Below, one piece after another: positions 53,061-61,900 of a stretch of 64,000 bases of DNA. The translations under genes were made by a program, and so were the position numbers. The notes beneath the pieces were generated by a model. It was given only the letters and a program-made list of their open reading frames with translations. It was not told where the DNA came from and did not search any database. Source of the stretch: Pirellulaceae bacterium (lineage in GTDB: Bacteria > Planctomycetota > Planctomycetia > Pirellulales > Pirellulaceae); contig JAWLFY010000005.1 in the NCBI GenBank assembly GCA_041685355.1, forward strand, positions 5,269 through 69,268. Direction: 5' to 3'. Position 1 is the stretch's first letter. Each line of letters begins with the position of its first letter.

Positions 53061-54910
53061 GCGATCAGGAACGGCAACGGGCCGCGCTCCCCGAGCAACA
53101 TGAACACACCGAGCAACATGAACACACCGAGCAACATGAACACACCGAGCAACATGAACAACAGCTCGCGGACCTGCTCGCCGAACTGACCGACGCGGTG
53201 TGTCGTGGCGAGCCGGTCGATTTCGATGCCACGTGTTCCCGACACCCGCATCTTGCTGACGAGCTCCGCGGCGTGTGGGGCGCCGTATTGGTGACCGATA
53301 CCGCGGCCTCGGCCCAAGAGGAACGTCCCCGCCACGAGTCTGTCGACGAGGACGGCGGCAGCGAAAGCGACGACGGATCATCGGGCCGGTGGCGGGGGAT
53401 CGAGTTGCCGACGACCGTCGGTGACTACGAACTGCTCGAGGAGGTCGGTCGGGGCGGCATGGGGGTCGTGTTCCGGGCCCGTCAGATCAGCCTCGATCGT
53501 GAGGTCGCGGTCAAGATGATCCTCCGGGGTCGACTTGCCAGCGACGCGGATCTCCACCGCTTCCTCGCCGAAGCCTCCGCGACCGCCAAGCTCGAGCACC
53601 CCAACATCGTCCCGGTCTACGACGTCGGTGACGTCAACGGACGCCCCTTCTTCAGCATGAAGTTTATCGAAGGGGAGACCCTGGCCGACCGGCTTCGTGA
53701 CGGGCCGTTACCGCAGCGGGAAGCGGCGAGGCTGATCGCCGTAGTCGCCCGGGCGATCGGATTCGCCCACCGCCAAGGGATCCTGCACCGTGACCTCAAG
53801 CCGAGCAACATCCTGCTCGCGCGGGACGGGACCCCGATGATCAGCGATTTCGGGCTCGCGAAGCGGGTCGGGACGAAGGTCGACCTGACACGCAGCGGCA
53901 TGCTCGTCGGGACGCCCGCCTACATGTCGCCGGAACAGGCCGGGGGACGCCGCGCCGCGGTCGGCCCCGCCAGCGACGTCTACAGCCTCGGCTGTGTCCT
54001 CTACGCCACCCTCACCGGTCGCCCGCCGTTCGTCGCCGAGTCACCGATGGAGCTGGTGATGCTGGTCATCGAGCAGGAACCGCCGCCGCCACGGAACCTC
54101 CGACCCGGTATCGATCGTGATCTGGAAATGATCGTCGTCCGCTGCCTGCAGAAACCCGCCGACCTCCGATACGGGTCGGCCGACGCGTTCGCCGATGACC
54201 TCGAGGCGTACCTCGCCGACGAGCGGGTCGCGGCCCGAAGCGGCCACTTCAACCAAGTCGTCGCGCGGCTGTTCCGCGAAACCCACCACGCGGCGGTTCT
54301 CGAGAACTGGGGACTGCTCTGGATGTGGCACTCGCTCGTCCTCTTGCTCGCCTGCCTGGCGACGTGGTCGCTCGACGTCGCCGGCGTCACCCAACGGGGC
54401 GCCTACGCGTCGGTCTGGACCCTCGGGCTCGGGGCGTGGGCCGCCGTCTTCTGGAAACTCCGACAACGGATGGGGCCGGTCACGTTCATCGAACGACAAG
54501 TCGCCCACGTGTGGGGCGCCAGCATGATCGCGATCGCGCTGCTGTTCCCGCTCGAATGGTGGCTCGAAATGCCCGTGCTCAGCCTCTCCCCGATGCTCGG
54601 GGTGATCAGCGCGATGGTGTTTATCATCAAGGCGGGGATGCTTAGCGGGACCTTCTATGCCCAAGCCGTCGCGCTCCTGATCGCGTCGATCGCGATGGCC
54701 CTCATCCCGCAAGCCTCGCACCTGATCTTCGGCGTCGTCGCCGCCGCCTGCTTCTATATCCCGGGGCTCAAATACCAACGCCGTCGCGGTCGCCCCTCCG
54801 ACGATTCCGGCGTGAGCAAATCCTCGTCGGGCGGCTCCCGATCAGCTTCGAATCGTTCGGTATCAAGAACACCTTCTTTCCCTCCCGATCATGGATCCGT
54901 TCATGAGTGA
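53057..54910 (+). CDS. Ser/Thr protein kinase with polytopic C-terminal membrane domain
   Basis: 'GRGGMGVVFRA', 'VAVKMI', 'HRDLKPSNILL', 'SDFGLA', 'GTPAYMSPE'. About 6 hydrophobic helices follow residue ~400. The N-terminal (EQHEHT)3-4 repeat is encoded by 18-bp tandem units at 53093-53160. Confidence 0.88.
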   Translation: MSDQERQRAALPEQHEHTEQHEHTEQHEHTEQHEQQLADLLAELTDAVCRGEPVDFDATCSRHPHLADELRGVWGAVLVTDTAASAQEERPRHESVDEDGGSESDDGSSGRWRGIELPTTVGDYELLEEVGRGGMGVVFRARQISLDREVAVKMILRGRLASDADLHRFLAEASATAKLEHPNIVPVYDVGDVNGRPFFSMKFIEGETLADRLRDGPLPQREAARLIAVVARAIGFAHRQGILHRDLKPSNILLARDGTPMISDFGLAKRVGTKVDLTRSGMLVGTPAYMSPEQAGGRRAAVGPASDVYSLGCVLYATLTGRPPFVAESPMELVMLVIEQEPPPPRNLRPGIDRDLEMIVVRCLQKPADLRYGSADAFADDLEAYLADERVAARSGHFNQVVARLFRETHHAAVLENWGLLWMWHSLVLLLACLATWSLDVAGVTQRGAYASVWTLGLGAWAAVFWKLRQRMGPVTFIERQVAHVWGASMIAIALLFPLEWWLEMPVLSLSPMLGVISAMVFIIKAGMLSGTFYAQAVALLIASIAMALIPQASHLIFGVVAAACFYIPGLKYQRRRGRPSDDSGVSKSSSGGSRSASNRSVSRTPSFPPDHGSVHE

Positions 54911-55727
54911 TCGCTCGGTTCGTCGCCGCTTGCTGATGCCCGCGTTGTGGTTGTTGTCCGGGTTGGTCGCACCGGCGATCCTGGCGGACGACTCGCCACA
55001 GCGGCTACGAGTACTCAGCTACAACATTCACCATGGCGAGGGGGTCGACGGGGTGCTGGATTTGCCGCGGATCGCTCGCGTGATCCGATCGGTCGATCCC
55101 CACGTCGTCGCGTTGCAAGAGGTCGATCAGAACGTCGAACGGACCGGCACGGTCGATCAGCCGACAGAACTGGCTCGGTTGACCGAAATGGAGGTCGCGT
55201 TCGGGGCGAACATTGAGCTGCAAGGTGGTCACTACGGCAACGCGATCCTGTCGCGGTTGCCGGTCGTTCGCCACACCAATCATCGGCTGCCGAACCGGGA
55301 CGACGGCGAACAACGTGGCGTGCTCGCGGCGGAGTTGGCACTGCCGGGGACTGACGAATCGCTCCGTTTCTTGGCGACGCATTTCGATCATCGCCGTGAC
55401 GACCGGGAGCGTCTCGCGTCGGCCAAAGCGGTGGACATGATCGTCAGCCGCGAGCCACGAATGCCGACGATCCTCGCGGGCGACTTGAATGACGTCCCGT
55501 CGAGCCGGGTGCTGGGGGCGTTCAGCGGAATTTGGAAACGGGCCAACGACGAGCCGTTGGCGACGATCCCGGTGGATCGCCCGACGCGGCAAATCGATTA
55601 CATCCTCGTGCGGCCGGCCGAGCGATGGCGGGTGATCGATGTGCGGGTGCTCGAAGAATCGGTCGCGTCCGATCACCGCGCGATTTTCGCGGAGCTCGAG
55701 CTGATGCCGGCACCTCCGGAGAACTGA
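54903..55727 (+). CDS. Endonuclease/exonuclease/phosphatase (EEP) family protein, secreted
   Basis: Signal-like N-terminus. 'LRVLSYNIHHGEG', 'VVALQEVD', 'ILAGDLND', 'SDHRAIFAEL'. Confidence 0.85.
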   Translation: MSDRSVRRRLLMPALWLLSGLVAPAILADDSPQRLRVLSYNIHHGEGVDGVLDLPRIARVIRSVDPHVVALQEVDQNVERTGTVDQPTELARLTEMEVAFGANIELQGGHYGNAILSRLPVVRHTNHRLPNRDDGEQRGVLAAELALPGTDESLRFLATHFDHRRDDRERLASAKAVDMIVSREPRMPTILAGDLNDVPSSRVLGAFSGIWKRANDEPLATIPVDRPTRQIDYILVRPAERWRVIDVRVLEESVASDHRAIFAELELMPAPPEN

Positions 55728-55732
55728 GAGCC

Positions 55733-55813
55733 ATCCGAAAAGGGGCCGACCCTTTGTAGGTTTCCAGCGAACCACCGGCTCGCTCCGAGAGAGGATCGGA
55801 CCCCTTTTCGGAT
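55733..55813. terminator. Long-range inverted repeat in a convergent gap (possible bidirectional terminator)
   Basis: atccgaaaaggggccga (55733-55749) pairs with tcggaccccttttcggat (55796-55813), with one bulge. Both arms contain A/T runs next to G/C runs. Confidence 0.4.
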
Positions 55814-55969
55814 AGGCACTGAACACGGACGACGTCGTTTCGGAGTTCGCGTCCCGCCGCACGCTTCCACGTTCAAGGCAAGCCGAGTCACCCTACGAAA
55901 ACCTCGTGCGCCGACCGGCGAAGCTTGGATCGACGGTTCGGGGAACGAGCTGCGTCCCGTTCTTTCCGC

Positions 55970-58900
55970 TTACTCCGTGGCTTCGAGCAAGTTTCCCGGT
56001 AGCGTCTTGGGCCAGTCGCCGGTGAGGCGGATCGATCGGATTCGGCAACTGCGGTCGGCTTCGCCTAGCAGGCCGAATCGTCGGTCGAGCGAGGTGGCGA
56101 AGCGGGCGACCGGCTTGCCGTTGACGGTGACCACCACGGCGTCGCCCTCGGCGGTCAGTTCGACGTCGTTCCAATCGTTTTCGCGGAGTTCCGGTTTCCC
56201 GTCACCGAGTCGTTCGTCCGGGTCGACCTCGTTCAACGGGTCGAGCTCCACCGACTCCAGCGAATCGCGTTGCGGCAGCCATCGCAGCTTTACCCCGTCG
56301 GGCCGTAGCAAGACGCCGATCCGCCCGACCGACGGGTGCGTCTCCTGCTTGTCCGCCTCGTGAAAGAATTCGTACCGGATCGTTTCCCCGTCGAGCAGCG
56401 GCCGCATGTACTGGATGTGTCGTTGGCCGGCCGTGGCCGTCGAGACGCCTCCGTTGCCGGACCGCAGTTCCCGATCGCGACCGTACCAAGCGAATCGTTC
56501 GACGTTCTGGAGGTTCTGTTGTCGTTGCGCCTGAACCTGGTCGGGGTCTTGGTCGGACTTCAGCGGCAACGCGATCGGCATCAAGTTTCCGCCGATGATC
56601 GGACAGCTCCAGCCGCGGAGGTCTTCGTCGATCAGGTCGACTTCGCGGGCAATCGTGGGGTTCCCCTCCAATCGGATGTCGGCCGCCTCCGAGATCGTGT
56701 AACGTTCGAAGTGCACGCCCACGAACGGCATCGACGACGTCCGGCGATCGACCGTCGCTTCCTTTCCGTTGATGTCGACCACGACCTTGTCACCGCGGAC
56801 GACGAGCGAAAGCGTGTTGTCCTTCTCGATATGGGTCGCTTGTTGGTCGAGCACCACGGTACTCCGCGTGACCAGTCCGCGGATGGTGAGGGTCGAGTTG
56901 TGCGGCTTGACCACGTAGGACGTCCCGCCGAATTGCGAGTGACTTTCGCCCCAACCGCGGCGGATGTTGCGATGGCTGAAGGAAAAATCACCCGCCAGCG
57001 GATACTTCAGCATCAACGCGTTCTGGCCGCTCCCCCCGGTGAACCGCAACGTCCCGTCACGCATCACGTAAATCGGCTCCGTCATGGGAGCGACCGGCTT
57101 GTGGATGTACGGGAGCTGAACGCTGACGAAATGTTTCAAGGGCGACCCGACCGTCGCGCCGGCCGCGGCGGTCCATCCCGCGTCGACGATCACCCGGTTG
57201 AACACCGAGGCGGAGGCGCTGAGGCTCCGGCGGCGGGAATGGTCGATCAGCGGTTCCCACGCCGCGACCGCCGCGTCTCGGAGGGTTGCGTGGGAAAGGC
57301 ATCGCGCGGCAAACATCGCCGACACGACCGGGATCGGAGTCTCGACGTTCTTGGTCGGCATCGTCTCCTTCAGCCGTTCGACGACGCGTTCCAGCGGCGT
57401 CTTGGCCTCGTCGGTCCGTCCGTCGGCGAGCAGCGCCAGACCGATCATCGCCTCCACCTCGTCGCCCGGCGTCTCCCGATGTGACTCGAGTCGCCGCAGG
57501 AGTGTGTTGGTCCTGCCGCATTCGGCCGCCGCCTCGGCGATCATCAGGCTGAGACCGGCGATCGGAAACTTGTCACTCGCGACCGGGATCTCGTGTGGAC
57601 TCGTCCGCCCCTCGAATAGTGACGCGAACGCTTCGGGCGGATCGACGTACAGCACCAAGTTGCTCGACCGGAGCAACGGTTCGTCGTCGGAATCTCCGAA
57701 GACGACCCGGGACAACAGCGTGTAACGTTGCTCGGGGTCGACGTTCGCCAATTGCATCGCGAGTTTGGGGACCAAGTCGCCGGATGTCTGGAGCCCGGGA
57801 GCCCGCCGCACGCCTTGACGCAATAAACTTCCCGACATCGACCAGAGTTTTCCCTTGGTCGCCGAGCCCCCGAGCGACGCCATCTCGGCGTTGTAGCGAT
57901 CGATCCCGTAGCTACCCGAATAGTTCGAATAGTGAAGCTGCACACTGACTAAGTATCGATCCATCGCCTGTTTCGCGAGCGTCCGATCGATCCCCGGTTC
58001 CTCCAACACTTGGCGAACCATCCACCCCCAGATCGCCCCGGCGTCGCTGATCGGCTTGTGCCGACTTGCCTCGTCGAGCAGGTACGTTTCGATCGCCGCG
58101 ACGACCGGGGTCACGCCCCACCGGTCGTGAACCGGCAACACCGCGTGGAGCACCTCGTTGACGGTCGTCTTTGCGTCTCCCTGACCCGAACGGTCCTTTG
58201 CCGCGGCGGGCGACCGTACCGCCGGTTCCGAATCGTCCAACGGGGTCGCGACGCCGAGCCCCTTCCCCAGGTCACGCAGCGCCTGATCGGTGGCGTGCTC
58301 CTGATCCTTCGTGACAGCGAGATGCACTCGAATCAGGTCGATCTGGTACGTCGCCGCCACCCTGCTCCGGCGATCATCGAGCAGTTCGCTCAGTTCGGCG
58401 GTGTTGCCGCTCGCCACCGCGGCCGTGGCGAGCAGACGCGACAGGCTTGGCGGATGCGTTTTGGGCTTTGGAAAGTTCGACGTATTGCTCGACGTCAACA
58501 GGTCGACGGCGTAGGGGAAGACCTCGTCCGGTCGGACCGCGGGCAGGACCGCCTCCTTCAACGCGACGTAAATCTGATTCGCCGCCGTCGGGTCCTCCGC
58601 TTTTTGCGACGCGTCGACGATTGTCGCGATTTCAAGGGCGACCCAATCGAGATTTTCTTGGGGCTGGTTACCGGACGACCCGACCGAGCGGCTTTGGGTC
58701 GGGATCACGAAGGCGCTTCCGCTGGAGGCGGATTCGGTCAACGTTCGTAGCGGCGGGCCGCCGCCGAACCCGCGGCGCAGCGCTTCGGCGACGACGTCCC
58801 ACGCCCCCGCCTCGCCCGCCGTCTCGGCGACGCGGAGACAGTTTCTGGCGGTGTCGACCGTCACGACGGCGGGCGTCTCCGCCGCCGGCGCCACGTTGTC

Positions 58901-61900
58901 CAGCATCGCCCGCATCGCGGCGGACGCGGCTTCGGGATCGTCAGTGTCACCCGAGCGGAACTTTGCGGTCAGCAAATAGCCGCTGATCTCGGTCCGCTCC
59001 TCATGATTGGCGAGTTCGACCAGGGCGTCCGCAAGCCGGCTGGCCTCCGCGCGGACCGCTGAGTCGTCCGAACCGAGCGCCACCGCGACGGGGGAATAGT
59101 AAGAGAGGATCGCGCTCCTTTCGGTCTGACCGAGATCGTCCGGTGCGTCGGGGATCGATTCGGCCAGTCGGCGGAGCGCCGCCGCCGCGGCGTCCTGCTT
59201 CAATGCGACGTGCACGAGCGTTTCGATCGCGAGCAGAGAACGGTCGTCAGGAAACGACTCCCGTCGTTGGTCGAGTTCGTTCGCGAATCGTCGTAGCCGT
59301 TTGCGACCCTCTCCCGATTCCGCTGACTTGCTCACCACCAACGCGGCCACGGACGTACGTTCCGGCGGCGTCTGGAGAGATACCGTCAACGGGATCAGGT
59401 CGAACCTTGGTCGTGAGGAACCCTTCCCGCCCGCGTCGGCATCCGCGTCCTGATTCGCATCCGCCTTCTCGGTACCGTCCGACGGGTTGCGGTCCTCCAG
59501 CGACAAGAATCGGTCGAAATCGGTGTCTTTCAATCCGTCAATCGATTTCGATAATCCCTGTTCGAACTGGGGTCGGAATTTGTAGTTGCTGCTCCAGCGT
59601 TTGACCCGTTCGAACTTTTCGGGCTCCGCCAACGTCTCGCTGTAGATGCGGATCGCGTCGAGTCGGGCGTCCACTTTGACCAAACTGTCAGCGATCGCCT
59701 GATAAGATCGCAGGTCTTGGTAGTCGCCGTAGCCGGGGTTGTACTGGTTCTGCTCCGAGTTGTCCGTCGCTTCGTAACCCTGAAGCAGCTGTTTCCGCGC
59801 CTTGTCCTGTTCGCCAGCGGCGACATAGACATCGGCGAGCTTCGCGTCGATCGTGTATTGGTAGCCGCTCAACCGGATGCTGTCGTCTTGGTTCTCTTTC
59901 GCGTACTCCAACGCGAGCACCGCGAGCGGTTCGAAGCCGGACTTCTTCTCGAGCACTTGCCCGAGTTGCCACCACATCTGGTATGGGAGTGGTTGTTCAT
60001 CCTCTTCAATCAATTGCGCAAGTCGAGTTGCAGCTTCGTCGACCTCCTGGGAGTCGAACTCGACCACGAACAGCAACAAGTTCGCCAACGCCCGGGTGTC
60101 TTCGTCGTCGGCGAGTTCGGTGAGCCGGCGGCGCGCGAATTCGGCAAGGTCATCGCGGGCCCGAATGGCCTGTAGACAGGGCGCCAGCGGTCCCCCAATG
60201 TTTCCGCCGCTGCCGTAGGAGTTTCCTTGCCAGAACCGGTTTCCGGGTCGGAAAGCGGCGTCGTCGGAAAGGATTCGCTTCACCGCTTTCGCGACCGATT
60301 CGGATTCCGCTAACTGTTTTTCATGCCCGACGGTGCGTAGGACGCCCCCGAGCGAATTGAGCGGCGCGGTTTCCAGGACATGATCCAGGAACGCGAGGGC
60401 GGCTTCACTCGGGGTCGACGACTCACGTCGGTAAAGGCGTACCATTTGCCCGAGGTAGTGCGATGGCATCTGGTTGACGTCGACCTTCGCGAGAGCTTGA
60501 TACGCCTTGTCGGACGCCTTCGCCGAAGTGACCGCCCGTTCGAACTCGTAATACTCGCGTTGTAGAAGTTGCGGATCCTTGTCGATCGCGGCGATGAACT
60601 TGTCGACCGCCTCGGCATGTTGACCCGCGGCGTTCAGCCGTTTCGCCATCTCCCACAGCGTCTTGGGATCGTTGGGCTGCAGTTCGGCGATCTGCTCGAA
60701 AAGTTTCTCGGCATCGTCGCGACGTCCCGCGGCGGTATACAGCTCCGCCAACTCGGTTTTCAGATCCGGCGAGTTGGGGGCCGCCTCGACGCGACGTTCG
60801 GCCTGTGCGAGTAGCTTGTCGAGCCGGCCCACCTGCTGCAGTAACTGGACCGCTTGTCGGCGGTAGTAGTCGCTGTTGGAGACCGACTGGCCGCCGGCTT
60901 GTCGCAGCGTCCGATAGGCGACTTCGGCGGCGGCTTCGCTCTCGCCGGCGTCGAGGAATCGTTGGGCGAGTTGCAGCAGGTCGCTGACCGATTGGCCGCC
61001 GCGTCTTTGGGAACGTTGCAGGATCGCCTTCGCCATGTCCTGCATCCCGAGCCGGTTGAGTTGGTCCGCGAGGGCTATCTCGGTCGCCGGATCGAGCCGC
61101 ATCCCGAACAGCCGCTGCGCCGCGGACTTGGCCCGTTCCAAGCGGCCGAGCTTCGTCGCCAAGTTCATCGCCGCCAGTTCTCGGACCCGCAGTGTTGCCT
61201 GGTCGAGCGGCTCGATCGCGTCGAGCGCCTCGAGCGCGGCTTGGGGGCGGTTCAGCTCTGCCGCCATCCGCGCGTGTTCGATCCACAAATCGTGATCATC
61301 GGGATGTCGCGCGGTCGCCGCCGTGATCCGGTCGTACGCGGCGGGCAGATCGCCGGCCCACCACCGGGCGAACGCGGCGAGCGTCGTCCGCAGCTTTCGC
61401 TCGGTGTCCGCGTATTGTGAATCGGCCGGGAACAGGTGAACGTCTTCGCTCAAGTGCTGCAGCAAGCGTTTTCGTTCCGGCGAGTCTTCTCCGAAACGGG
61501 TTCCGACGTATAACTGTTGGACGAAGGAGGACGCGAGCAATCGATCCGAAAACGGCACCGAAATCTGATTCCGCTGATACCGCCCGTCGACCTGGTAACC
61601 GACCGACAGTTCGCCGTTTCCGGAGGACGAACGACGACGCGTGGCCGATCGAGATTGCTTGACCGCCTGAGTCGCGATCGCCAAGTCGATGGCGTCTGAT
61701 CTTGTTTCCGCCGCGATCTCGTCGAGCGAGGGGACGCCGTTTAGCACCGACTCGAGACGGGCGATCTCCGCGGTGGTCATCGATTCCGCCCACTTCGGGA
61801 TCGACTTCCGGGCTGCCTTCAACAGTCGGGCCACCTCGTCGTTCTGGCGAGCGGCGACGAAGAACGCGAACGCGTTGATGGCGTCGTCCGGCGACTCGGG

